Assembly (NCBI GenBank): GCA_965205065.1
Contig: CBDBFT010000001.1
Location: 2,156,836 to 2,220,835, forward strand
DNA length: 64,000 bases
Source of the DNA: Candidatus Poribacteria bacterium
GTDB taxonomy: Bacteria > Poribacteria > WGA-4E > WGA-3G
Reading direction: 5' to 3'
Position 1 is the stretch's first letter. Each line of letters opens with the position of its first letter. Below, one piece after another: positions 53,241 through 63,598 of the stretch. The notes beneath the pieces are model-generated. The model worked only from the letters and a program-made list of their open reading frames with translations, had not been told where the DNA came from and ran no database searches. Made by a program: the position numbers and the translations under genes.

Positions 53241-53355
53241 ATGAAGTTAAAATAATACTTTGGGTAATTTGGCGAGGTTAGGAAACCTCGCCAGCGGGGG
53301 AATGAACCTGCATCATGGGAACAGACAATTACCGAATTAATTATTTGATCTTCAT
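53241..53355. mobile_element. MITE-like element, family B, copy 2.
   Basis: ATGAAGTTAAAATAA...GGCGAGGTTAGGAAACCTCGCC...TTTGATCTTCAT, flanked by CCCTA / ACGGGAC like the family-A copies. Confidence 0.65.
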
Positions 53356-53597
53356 ACGGGACTGAAGAGGGTTTCTGGCATCGAAAATCCTTAACTTTAC
53401 ACCTATAGTAGCATTTATTCTTAACCCTACAATAAACAGACAGCTCCTTGATTATACATTACGAATAATCAAATGACAAGGATAGTGTCCATTTGGGGTG
53501 TGTATGTATTTTGTCACCTTTTTCAGAAGAGACGGCACTCGGAGAGTGCCTACTACTATTAAGATCAATTATAAGAAATTGACGGCGCGGCGTAATT

Positions 53598-54782
53598 GTG
53601 ATAGAATCTGACCTTATGAAGATAATCGTTGCTCCTGATTCATTTAAAGGAAGCGTCACGGCATTGGAAGCAGCGAAGTCAATTGAACAAGGACTTCGAC
53701 GTGTACTTCCAGATGCAATCATAGATAAAATCCCAATGGCTGATGGGGGTGAAGGTACTGTTCAATCTCTTGTTGATGCGACAGGTGGACAATTCCGTAC
53801 TGAACGCGTTCTTGATCCTCTCGGCAACGAAATTGAAGCACAATACGGATTACTATCTGATGGTGCCAGCTCATATAACTGTGCTGTCATTGAGATGGCA
53901 TCTGCTTCAGGTTTAACACTCGTTCCAACTGAGAAACGAAACCCGCTACTTACGACAACTTACGGCACAGGTCAACTTATACGTTCCGCATTAGAAAGGA
54001 GATGTAGAAGACTGATTATCGGGATCGGTGGCAGTGCGACAAACGATGCAGGTGCTGGTATGGCTGAAGCACTCGGTGTACGTTTCTTGAATGTAGATGG
54101 CAATCCAATTAACATGGCAATAGGACGCGGCGGAGGAGGATTGACAGAAATAACATCTATAGATATTGCGGGTATCCATCCAGCAATATCTGAAACCGAG
54201 ACTGTTGTCGCATGTGATGTCAACAACCCTTTGACAGGTTCAGATGGAGCATCTCACGTCTATGGACCGCAGAAGGGGGCAACACCGGAGATGGTGAGAA
54301 CTCTTGATGACAATCTATCCCACTTTGATGACATCCTAACACAAACGTTTGGTCAATCTTATGATAGTATTCCCGGTGCAGGGGCTGCGGGTGGTTTGGG
54401 TGCTGGTCTTATGGCGTTCCTCAATGCCAGATTAAGACTTGGCGTTGATATTATGATTGATGCTGTTAATCTGAGAGAACGCATGAAAGGAGCATCACTG
54501 GTGATTACAGGAGAGGGACAGATAGATTTTCAGACAGCGTTTGGGAAGACACCTATAGGTGTTGCTAAGGTCGCAAAAGAAGCCAATATTCCTGTCATAG
54601 CAATTGCAGGGGGAATCGGTGAAGGTGCCGAAACTGTTTATGCCAAAGGTATTGATAGCATGTTAGGTATCGTCCACGCACCGATGTCTCTTGAAGATGC
54701 GGTTGAAGGTGCTTTGCAATTAATTGCTGATACTGCTGAGCAAGCTGCGAGATTAGTCATGATCGGTAAACATCTTCATTAG
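53598..54782 (+). CDS. glxK: Glycerate kinase.
   Basis: MKIIVAPDSFKGS N-terminus and a GGSATNDAGAGM motif. Confidence 0.85.
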   Translation: MIESDLMKIIVAPDSFKGSVTALEAAKSIEQGLRRVLPDAIIDKIPMADGGEGTVQSLVDATGGQFRTERVLDPLGNEIEAQYGLLSDGASSYNCAVIEMASASGLTLVPTEKRNPLLTTTYGTGQLIRSALERRCRRLIIGIGGSATNDAGAGMAEALGVRFLNVDGNPINMAIGRGGGGLTEITSIDIAGIHPAISETETVVACDVNNPLTGSDGASHVYGPQKGATPEMVRTLDDNLSHFDDILTQTFGQSYDSIPGAGAAGGLGAGLMAFLNARLRLGVDIMIDAVNLRERMKGASLVITGEGQIDFQTAFGKTPIGVAKVAKEANIPVIAIAGGIGEGAETVYAKGIDSMLGIVHAPMSLEDAVEGALQLIADTAEQAARLVMIGKHLH

Positions 54783-54890
54783 ACGTGAGTTTGATAAATC
54801 AGAACAAATAACTACGTAGGTTGGGTTGAGGTACGAAACCCAACATCTTTACGCATTATAGGCGCCTAAATGTTGGGTTTCGTGCCTCAA

Positions 54891-56353
54891 CCCATAGGTG
54901 TCAACTTAAGAAAGATTAACGTTGTTTTTATACGATTAAAAGTGTTGCAAAAATTAAACACCTCTTGCATAATATAGAGTAAAGTTATTTTTATCTTATA
55001 AACTTATCAAGAGGTGTTCCAATGTTCATAATAACACAAGTTTCTAACATCATGCAAGAACTTTTCAACCCTTCAGTCGATCAAATAGTTCGGGAGTTAG
55101 GGATTATCCAAAGAATCCGAAAACTCCCGTTTGCCCGCTTCATTCAGACACTTGTATGTGGGTGGTTCGAAAAACCAGATGCGAGTTATGCTGATCTTGC
55201 TAATACAGCACAAGATTTGGGTATTGATATTTCTCGACAAGCGATTGCAAAACGGATGACCCCTGAGACAGCTAAAATACTCAAGGCAACACTTGAAGTA
55301 GCAGCAACTCAAGTCCTGACTGCGAGGAAGCAATATCTTCCGATGTTGGATCAGTTCACTGGTGTATATGTACAAGACAGCACTTGGATTGCCCTGCCAG
55401 ATGAACTTCACACAATACATGAAGCACCACGCAATAAGGGCAAACAACCCAAATCTGCCTTGAAACTCCAACTTTGCTTTGATGTTTTGACAGGCACTTT
55501 TCATCACTTTGATCTAACTGATGGGGTCATACCTGATAGTAAGGCTGCAGAACATTTTTCACCATTGCCTGAGGGAAGTTTGTGTTTAGCAGACCTCGGA
55601 TACTTTTCATTGGATGCGTTTGAAAAAATGACACAAAAGGGTGTCTCTTGGATATCAAAACTCAAAGCCAGATGTAAGCTATTTGACGAACTTGAAGAAC
55701 ATCTTTGTTTGACAGAGCGTCTTACCTCAGAAACCTTAGACGTTATTGATTTTAACTGCTTCATCGGTGCTACTAAGAAACTGCCTATACGGCTTGTCGC
55801 ATTACGACTTTCTGAAGAACAAGCAAACAGCCATCGCCGTGCCATCAGACGCGAAGCGGCGCGAAGAGGGGACACTCCATCAAAAGAACGCCTAAAACGC
55901 GCTGAGTGGTATGTTTTTATTACAAATGTTGATGCGACACAACTATCAGTAGAACAGATTGCAGCAACCACTCGCGTTCGATGGCAAGTTGAACTCATGT
56001 TTAAATGTTTCAAAAGTGTCGGAGAAGTAAACAAATCACGCAGAGAAAAACCATATGCTATTTTATGTGAGGTATATGCCAAACTTATAACACAACTCCT
56101 AAGACACTGGGTTATGATAGCAAGCGGTTGGCGATGTATACACCACAATATCATCAAAACAGCAGAACTCATTAATCTATACGCACGCAAAATTACAATC
56201 AGTTTGGGTAAATCCAAAACCGCACTACGAAAAACTCTTGAAGAAATAAAACAAACCTTACAAAAAAGTCAGAAGAGGATACAAAATCAAGGGAAAAACA
56301 CAACTTTAGTACTTCTACAAGGAGTAGAAAATCCTTAAGTTGACACCTATGGG
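54891..56353 (+). mobile_element. IS4-family insertion sequence (transposase CDS 55022..56338) with about 18-bp TIRs CATAGGTGTCAACTTAAG, inserted in a long palindromic intergenic element.
   Basis: Transposase with DDE_Tnp_1-like motifs (VYVQDSTW, CLADLGYFS, RVRWQVELMFKCFK). Inverted termini read directly. A direct duplication GGGTTTCGTGCCTCAACCC flanks the element. Confidence 0.75.
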
Positions 56354-56482
56354 TTTCGTGCCTCAACCCAACCTACGGATACATTCTTGATTTAATTATC
56401 AAACTCACGTTCATTAGAGATAGTGTGGGTTGGATTTCGCCAAAAAACGTATCCCAACCCACAAGCAGATATAATTTCCTGT

Positions 56483-57817
56483 TTACAACAATACTGCGAC
56501 ATCCTTCATGAAATCATCAGTTTCGTTCTGCCATCTCTTGAGTTCATCGGCTAAGGATTGAATGCGTTCCGCATGTTCAGGTTGTTCTGCGAGGTTATTC
56601 ATTTCCCACGGGTCTGCTTCTAAGTCGAAAAGTTGGATATAGTCAGTCCCTTTACCTGTGTTTTTAGAAACATAGTGTCGGATGAGTTTCCATTTTCCGT
56701 TGCTGACAGTGCGATGAATGTCTTTGTAAGCAGCGAAAACTGAATCGCGAACTTTGTCTACGCATCCTTCCATCAACGGAACTAAGCTGATACCTTCAAC
56801 TGTATCTGGACAGTCGACGTTTGTCAGATCACATACTGTTGGGAACAGGTCGTATAGATAGGTTAGAGCATCTACGGTTTGACCTTCAGGAATGCCAGGT
56901 CCAGCGAATATTGAGGGGACACGGATACTGTGATCGTAGACGTTCTGTTTGCCAAACAGACCGTGTTGTCCTACAGCGAGTCCATGGTCAGCAGTATAGA
57001 TGACGATGGTGTTATCAAGATGACCACTTGCTTCCAATGTTTGTATGACGCGTCCCATTTCATAATCTTGATGTGAAATCATACCGTAGTAATCTGCGAT
57101 GTGTTGCTGTACGACTTCTGGTGTGCGTGGGAACGGTGCCAATACTTCATCACGAATCCGCATCTCTCCGTTGTCAAACGGATGTTCGGGAAGAAAGTTC
57201 TCTGGGAGTGGAATGTCTTCTGGTGGATACATTGTTGCGTATTCACCTGGTGGTGTTCTGGGATCGTGCGGCGAAGTAAAGGAGAGATAAGCGAAAAACG
57301 GGTCTTCTCGGTTGTATGTTTCTATAAACTCAACAACAGGGTCTGTGAAAAGTGTCGTAGAGAACTTATCTCCAACGTATCTGTCATCAGCTGGGTATTT
57401 GCCTGTCGGGTCAAAATCAAAGACATTGACTTTATATTGGTTGCTCATACCGCCGAAGAAGATTTTGGCACCACCATCAAAGCTGTTATTAAACGTATTT
57501 CTGTCATTGTGCCACTTGCCGGCAAAGAATGTGTTGTATCCCGATTCGCGCATGGTTTGAGGCCAAACAGCTAAATCAGGGTTAAGTTGGTTTCCTCCGC
57601 TGCGGAATAGGTTTGCACTTGTAAGGACAGCGGCACGACTTGGTACACAGACTGCCCCGACGAGAGACCCCATAATATGTGTCTGTCGGAAGGTTGTGCC
57701 GCGTTCCATAAGTGAATCCATTGTTGGTGTTTTGACGGTTGGATCGCCCATCCCACCGATGGCATCCCATCTGTGGTCGTCAGCGATAATAAATAGAACA
57801 TTAGGTTGTGATGGCAT
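56483..57817 (-). CDS. Formylglycine-dependent sulfatase.
   Basis: CVPSRAAVLTS (C-x-P-x-R) motif. 444 aa. Confidence 0.85.
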   Translation of the reverse strand: MPSQPNVLFIIADDHRWDAIGGMGDPTVKTPTMDSLMERGTTFRQTHIMGSLVGAVCVPSRAAVLTSANLFRSGGNQLNPDLAVWPQTMRESGYNTFFAGKWHNDRNTFNNSFDGGAKIFFGGMSNQYKVNVFDFDPTGKYPADDRYVGDKFSTTLFTDPVVEFIETYNREDPFFAYLSFTSPHDPRTPPGEYATMYPPEDIPLPENFLPEHPFDNGEMRIRDEVLAPFPRTPEVVQQHIADYYGMISHQDYEMGRVIQTLEASGHLDNTIVIYTADHGLAVGQHGLFGKQNVYDHSIRVPSIFAGPGIPEGQTVDALTYLYDLFPTVCDLTNVDCPDTVEGISLVPLMEGCVDKVRDSVFAAYKDIHRTVSNGKWKLIRHYVSKNTGKGTDYIQLFDLEADPWEMNNLAEQPEHAERIQSLADELKRWQNETDDFMKDVAVLL

Positions 57818-57906
57818 GATTCCTCCTATGATGAGTTGTCAGTTGTCAGTTTTTAGTTATCAGTTAATTTAGCGTTCTTATGAAAACTTGTAAAGGAAAA
57901 ATTCTA

Positions 57907-59052
57907 ATGAAGATTGCAACTATTGAACAATTCTATCCACGTCGTCGGATGCGGTTTGTAAAAATTACAACGGACACCGGCATCGTTGGATGGGGTGAAA
58001 CAACACTTGAAGGTAAACCGAAGAGTACCTGGTCGGCAGTTGAAGAACTTGCCGAGTATTTTATCGGTAAAGATCCGTTACGTATTGAACACCATTGGCA
58101 GCATGTCTACCGATCCGCATTCTTCCGAGGTGGCAATATCTTGATGTCTGCCTTGTCCGGAATTGATCAAGCACTATGGGATATTGCGGGCAAATTTTAC
58201 GATGTGCCGACGTATCAACTCTTAGGTGGTGCTGTGCGTGACCGAATCCGCGTTTATGCACATTGGGGTATCGGCAGTTTAACTGACGAAGGCAAAGCCG
58301 CTGCAAAAGAACGGCTTGAATCTTTACAGCAGAAAGGCGGTTACACAGCGTTTAAGAGCGGTCCTGGTGGCAAATGGCGTGGTCATGAACCTCCTGCCGT
58401 GATTGACGCGTTTGTTGAACGTGCCTATCTGATGCGCGAATGGGTAGGTCCGGATGTTGAACTTGCCTTTGATTTTCACGGTAAGATGACACCTGCACTT
58501 GCGATTGAAATCTGTCATGAACTTAAAGGTATGCGTCCAATGTTCGTTGAAGAACCTGTCCCACAAGAGAACGTTGATGCGTTAAAGGTAGTTTCTGACC
58601 ATGTTCCATTTCCGATTGCCACAGGCGAACGTCTGCTGACACGCTGGGGTTTTCGTGAAGTTTTTGAGAAACAAGCAGTTGCTTATCTACAACCTGATAC
58701 TTCCCACGCTGGCGGTATTACCGAACTGAAGAAAATCGCTAATATGGCTGAGGTGTACTATATGCATATTGCACCGCATTGCGCGATTGGACCGATTGCT
58801 TTTTCTGCCTCCCTTCATGTTGATGCTGTTGTGCCGAATTTCTTAATCCAAGAACAGATTGATGCCGGTTTAGGTGCTGGTTTGTTTAAAGAAGATTGGC
58901 AAGTGAAAAACGGACACATTGAATTACCAACGAAACCCGGACTCGGTTTTGAGATTGATGAGAAAGAGGCGGAACAGACGCTTGATACCTATCCAGAAGA
59001 ACTCGGCGGCGAATACTATTATGACATTGACGGTAGCGTTGCGGATTGGTAG
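57907..59052 (+). CDS. Enolase-superfamily dehydratase (D-galactonate dehydratase / mandelate racemase-like).
   Basis: MKIATIEQF...ITTDTGIVGWGE N-terminus and metal-ligand D/E positions. Start set at the ATG at 57907. Confidence 0.75.
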   Translation: MKIATIEQFYPRRRMRFVKITTDTGIVGWGETTLEGKPKSTWSAVEELAEYFIGKDPLRIEHHWQHVYRSAFFRGGNILMSALSGIDQALWDIAGKFYDVPTYQLLGGAVRDRIRVYAHWGIGSLTDEGKAAAKERLESLQQKGGYTAFKSGPGGKWRGHEPPAVIDAFVERAYLMREWVGPDVELAFDFHGKMTPALAIEICHELKGMRPMFVEEPVPQENVDALKVVSDHVPFPIATGERLLTRWGFREVFEKQAVAYLQPDTSHAGGITELKKIANMAEVYYMHIAPHCAIGPIAFSASLHVDAVVPNFLIQEQIDAGLGAGLFKEDWQVKNGHIELPTKPGLGFEIDEKEAEQTLDTYPEELGGEYYYDIDGSVADW

Positions 59053-59073
59053 ACGCAATCCATCAGACAAAAT

Positions 59074-60234
59074 TATACCATTTAAATTATATATTTTCCC
59101 TTTTATATATTTTTGATTTCTGCTATACTTTTTTTAATTCTACAAATTAGAGGTTAGAAATCAATGAACATCAAACCCCCAGAGATTACAGAAAGTGTTT
59201 CAGAGTTGAAGCGTTTGATAAGAAAATCACCAAAAGGTTTTCACAAGCAAAGACTTACAATGCTATATCTATATCGGAGCGGCCAGGTAAAAACTCGTAA
59301 AGAAGCAGCAGAGATGATAGGTGTCCACCGAAAAACGGTTGGAAAATGGTTATCAACTTATGCCTCCGCAGGACTTAATGGACTTTTGGAACGAGATTAT
59401 TCCTCTGGGCGTCCTCATCAACTCACTAAAGAACAACAAGAACTTTTGCGTGAGAAACTCCAAGACCCGGAAGGTTTCTCAAGTTACCACCAGATTATAG
59501 ATTATATTGAAGAGACATTTGGTGTCAAAATGAACTATCATGCTGTTTATGCTTTAGTCCACTATAAATGGAATGCCAAACTCAAGGTGCCCCGCAAAAG
59601 TCACGAAAAAAAAAACGAAAAAGCGTGTGATGAGTTCAAGCTAAACTTCGGAGAAACAATCAAGACTGCCATTTCAGAGAAAGTTTCTTCTTTTGAAACG
59701 ATCCGGATCTTTTGTCAAGATGAGACAAGATTTGGTTTATTGCCTGTTTCATATCGGCGTATTACCTTGCCCGGTATCAAACCGATTACTAAGGTCAGTT
59801 ATACTTATGAGAACTTTTATCTATATGGTGCTGTAGAACCGATAACAGGACAAAGTTTCTTTCTTGAGATGCCTTTGCTCAATGGTTCTTGTTTCCAAGT
59901 ATTCCTTGATGAGTTTGCTAAAGTTTATCATTCATCTCTAAATGTCCTTGTTCTTGATAATGGGCGTTTTCATCACGGGAAATCTCTACAAATACCTGAT
60001 AATGTCATTTTGGTTTTTCTACCACCTTATAGTCCTGAACTGAACCCTATAGAAAGACTTTGGCAAGACACAAAAGCAAAGTTATTTGAAAATGTCTTCA
60101 CAGCCATAACAGAAATGCAGAACAAACTTACCGAAATATTGAAAAAATATACGGAAACCACTATTGCAAGTATAACAAATACCGATTATATAACAAAAGT
60201 GGCAAATGGAATATAATTTAATACAAATGGTATT
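59074..60234 (+). mobile_element. IS630-family insertion sequence (transposase CDS 59164..60216) with imperfect about 20-bp TIRs.
   Basis: Transposase with N-terminal HTH and a DDE region with YSPELNPIE. Left TACCATTTAAATTATAT and right ATATAATTTAATACAAATGGTA are inverted. Confidence 0.75.
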
Positions 60235-60239
60235 ATATA

Positions 60240-60986
60240 TCAAACAACCGGTTTACGATGTGAAACATAAGGCGGTTCAAGCATTAACTTCTGATCTTCC
60301 TCAGTCATCATATTGTGGAGTGCTTCGTCATATCTTTCTCGTCCCCAAGAGGCATGTCCTGGAGAATACTTGAACAGAATTGAACGACGTTGATGTGTTG
60401 CTGTCCACGGTAAAGTGCCGTGCGTCAACGCTTCTGTGAAGATGACAACATCACCTGCTTTCTGATGGACTGGTGCCATACAGGTTCTGTTTTCTACTAC
60501 GGGACGGAACTGTGGCGGACACGGATAGTTGCTTTTATGACTACCAGGAATACAACAGAATCCACCATGTCCAGGAAGCATGTCTGTCAATGCCCACGAC
60601 ACAACGGTCAAACCGTTATACATCCTGTCATTACGAAAGACATAGTATTGTGATGGATCGTAAGGTGTACCGCCACCATGAAGTGTACCGCCTGGATTCC
60701 CATCTATCATCAAGATTCCGTAGACATGATCAAGTCGGAATTTTGGTCCGACAATTTCTGCTAAACACGGCATGATGCGGGGGTGATTGAGAAGTTTACG
60801 AAAAGCATCGTTTTCCCAGCTTAAGAATCCACCGAATCGTTGTGAATGGATGTTATCATTAGCCGGTGCAGGATAGTTTTGTGCGTCTATCAACGCATTC
60901 AATTCCGTGAGTTCATCATTTTGTAAAACACCTTCAATATTGACATATCCCCATAGGTCAAACAGATATTTTTCTTCAGCGTTCAT
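60240..60986 (-). CDS. Phytanoyl-CoA dioxygenase (PhyH)-like Fe(II)/2OG oxygenase.
   Basis: H-x-D...H pattern and GGFCCIPGSHK. Moderate. Confidence 0.55.
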   Translation of the reverse strand: MNAEEKYLFDLWGYVNIEGVLQNDELTELNALIDAQNYPAPANDNIHSQRFGGFLSWENDAFRKLLNHPRIMPCLAEIVGPKFRLDHVYGILMIDGNPGGTLHGGGTPYDPSQYYVFRNDRMYNGLTVVSWALTDMLPGHGGFCCIPGSHKSNYPCPPQFRPVVENRTCMAPVHQKAGDVVIFTEALTHGTLPWTATHQRRSILFKYSPGHASWGRERYDEALHNMMTEEDQKLMLEPPYVSHRKPVV

Positions 60987-61016
60987 ACAGTATCTCCCCA
61001 GTTTGTGCTATTACGC

Positions 61017-61340
61017 TTATTGATGTGGTGAGCGCGAGGTTGGTAGTAAACGTGTAACAACGATCTTGGATCGGTCGATGAGTTCACCGACTCGTGCTGA
61101 GATTTCGTTAACCCATCGGTCATCCTCATAGACTGCAGCGTAGAGCCGTTCCCGCTGTTCTTCACTTTCAAACCGACGGATCCAGACGTAAAGATCGTCC
61201 TCTTCTTCACCGATGAAACTACCGATAACGACCATACCTTTAGAAATTTGGAAAGGTATGACCGTTTCTTCCATGTATTTCACCCAGTTTTCATGTTGTC
61301 CGGGTTGTGTTCTATATTGACGTAGTTCAAAAAATGCCAT
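61017..61340 (-). CDS. NIPSNAP-family protein.
   Basis: MAFFELRQYRTQPG N-terminus. Start set at the second ATG, which has a GGAG RBS. Confidence 0.6.
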   Translation of the reverse strand: MAFFELRQYRTQPGQHENWVKYMEETVIPFQISKGMVVIGSFIGEEEDDLYVWIRRFESEEQRERLYAAVYEDDRWVNEISARVGELIDRSKIVVTRLLPTSRSPHQ

Positions 61341-61423
61341 ATAAATCTCCTTCATTTTTAAAAATCAAGATTCCAAAACGCCTTTATTGCTAACTTACTT
61401 TCATTAGATTAGACTTATATCTC

Positions 61424-62359
61424 TTACTGTTTATTTTCCTGCTCCGCAGGAATAGATTGACCTACAGGTTCTTTTTGCCACCGTTTCTGTATAGCATGAA
61501 CATGGAGGTAATTCCCCAATTCTTGCAAATCTATATGCTCATAATCCTCTTTAGCAATAACAATTGTAAGGTTTTCACAAAATTTCCTTTCGGTATATAT
61601 AGCTCTGATGAAGGATTCAATTATCTCAACAAGCATTATTTCTCGAGGGACTTGAATTCGAGCATCTTTTGTGCCTATAATTGGGATTACAAGGTTGCTG
61701 AGTCTACCATGTGTGCCGATATACTGCCAAAGTTTTGTGAGACTTTGCCTAACATTTTCAAGTGAACTTACTACACCTTCTTCATTCAACTCATCAATTG
61801 CGACTAAGTAAACGACCTGATTTTTAGGAGATACTTTTACCACAGTGCCAAAGTCGTAGCGTTTTGTGTTGCCAGACTTATTTTCCACTAGCGTATATTT
61901 TTCATCCTGCAATGTTCCCACTAATTCTTGGTGAAGATGATCGACCTTATCATAATACTTTTTTGTAAATTGCCCCTGCAAACTATCTTCAGAAATCATT
62001 CCATCTGACATATCTGTATCAAAAGTGGTATTTGTACCAATAATAATATCTCCTTTCATATTAAAAATGTTGCCTACTTGAATTATTATTGAAATGTCTG
62101 TTCCTTCTAAGCGTTCACGTACCGAAAGCATCCTTTTGGATTTTCGCCGGACATCTATAGTAGTGAAAACTAATGCTCCACTAGCGCATACAATTAATAC
62201 CCAAAAGTTCCCAGATGCCCATTGCATAGCATCAGGAATGAAAAAAGCGGACATTTCAATTAGCAACCAAGCCCCGCCTAGGATACTTAGAAAGGTTTTC
62301 AATCCCCCAATTAATAGGGATCGGCGTTGGTTTTTAGAAAGGAGAATAGGCAATTTCAT
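61424..62359 (-). CDS. ThsA-like Thoeris effector candidate: two N-terminal TM helices plus a macro-like domain.
   Basis: Hydrophobic helices at about residues 14-36 and 44-66. Macro-like motifs DISIIIQVGNI...GDIIIGTNTTFD and NLVIPIIGTKDARI. 4-bp overlap with the upstream TIR gene. Confidence 0.55.
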   Translation of the reverse strand: MKLPILLSKNQRRSLLIGGLKTFLSILGGAWLLIEMSAFFIPDAMQWASGNFWVLIVCASGALVFTTIDVRRKSKRMLSVRERLEGTDISIIIQVGNIFNMKGDIIIGTNTTFDTDMSDGMISEDSLQGQFTKKYYDKVDHLHQELVGTLQDEKYTLVENKSGNTKRYDFGTVVKVSPKNQVVYLVAIDELNEEGVVSSLENVRQSLTKLWQYIGTHGRLSNLVIPIIGTKDARIQVPREIMLVEIIESFIRAIYTERKFCENLTIVIAKEDYEHIDLQELGNYLHVHAIQKRWQKEPVGQSIPAEQENKQ

Positions 62360-62859
62360 AAACCTAATTTATCATATACACTTTCGGCGTAATAATATGG
62401 GCCTGTTTTTCCTTCTTGTTTCAAAGACGCATGGGTTTCAGGCCAAGTTGATAAGGCATGACCTAGAATAATGGCGTTGAAGCAGATATGAACAGCCAAT
62501 TGATCGTCGATAGTGGGCGGACACCGATCCGTATCTTGGAATCTTAAACCGTTCAAGTTAACGCCGATTATTGGTAAACCTAAATCCAATGCTTGTTCCA
62601 TTTCCCATTGTACAAACTTATGGAGGTAGCGCGTACTTTCACCAATCAAAACAATTAAACTTTTAGCCGACTGAATCCGTTTTCTGAGTTCGCGTTTGAT
62701 TTTTTCTTCTGCATTATATTCAGATGCCTTATTCAAGTCTTGTCCATGATAAAAGTTGAAGTGTGTATCGTGGTTTCGTTTCCACGTTTGCATTATCTGG
62801 TAGTAACGAAAGTCATTATAACCGTCAAAGCAAACGTAGACTCTGTCTTTATTTGCCAT
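62356..62859 (-). CDS. ThsB-like TIR-domain protein (DUF1863/MTH538 type).
   Basis: RVYVCFDGYNDFRYYQIMQTWKRN and SLIVLIGESTRYLHKFVQWEMEQALDLGLPIIGVNLN parallel the B. cereus ThsB segments RVFFSFHYQDVIDFRVNVVRNHW and VLIGSQTFNRRWVRYEIMKSIEKGNKIIGIHIN. Confidence 0.7.
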   Translation of the reverse strand: MANKDRVYVCFDGYNDFRYYQIMQTWKRNHDTHFNFYHGQDLNKASEYNAEEKIKRELRKRIQSAKSLIVLIGESTRYLHKFVQWEMEQALDLGLPIIGVNLNGLRFQDTDRCPPTIDDQLAVHICFNAIILGHALSTWPETHASLKQEGKTGPYYYAESVYDKLGL

Positions 62860-63598
62860 AATCTCACCTTCTTACTTTTAAAATTAATCAAAATTATGAT
62901 TTAATTTTGTAGCTAATTGCAGGTATATGTCTTATGTTACGTACATCTTCTCATAAGGATATCGATTAAAAACTGCCTATAGAAAATTAACGGATCTATT
63001 TCAAAAATTTTCATTATAGAGGCATAAGGCAATTTGTGGATCCTACGATGGACACTAAGTTCGATTCTTCAAGAATCATATATATAGTGAACTTTAGAAT
63101 TAATGAAACACTTCACAAAGGTCAAGGTGGCTTCGTCCTTATGCGGGGTGTTCTTTGTAAACGTTCAAATGTCCCATTAATTATTCACTTTACTATAGTT
63201 TACCACACTACAACCGATCATAACCATAACCTTTTCCAGTAATCTCATAAAGCGGAGATGCGGCTTGGAAATGTATATCCGCATCTGAGTCTTCCAAAAG
63301 AGTTTCAAGCAACTTGATCGGACTATCACTTTTTGCGTCTCCTAACGCTTGTATAATATTGATTCGGAATGCGCGTTCTGTTTGGTCAGCATGCAACTTC
63401 AACACGGAGGAATTCAATAGAATCTAACTCCGGTAGACATCCGGTTAAGTCCAGTGTTCTAATAGTGAGTTTAAACGGAGACTTAACTTTGTAATTGTTC
63501 ATGAGATATGACCTACCAATAATCAAGATTGTAATGAGGTATAAAAGTCTACCACCCGTTTTGTCTATGTGTCAAGTGGATTTTAAAGTTGAACAAGG

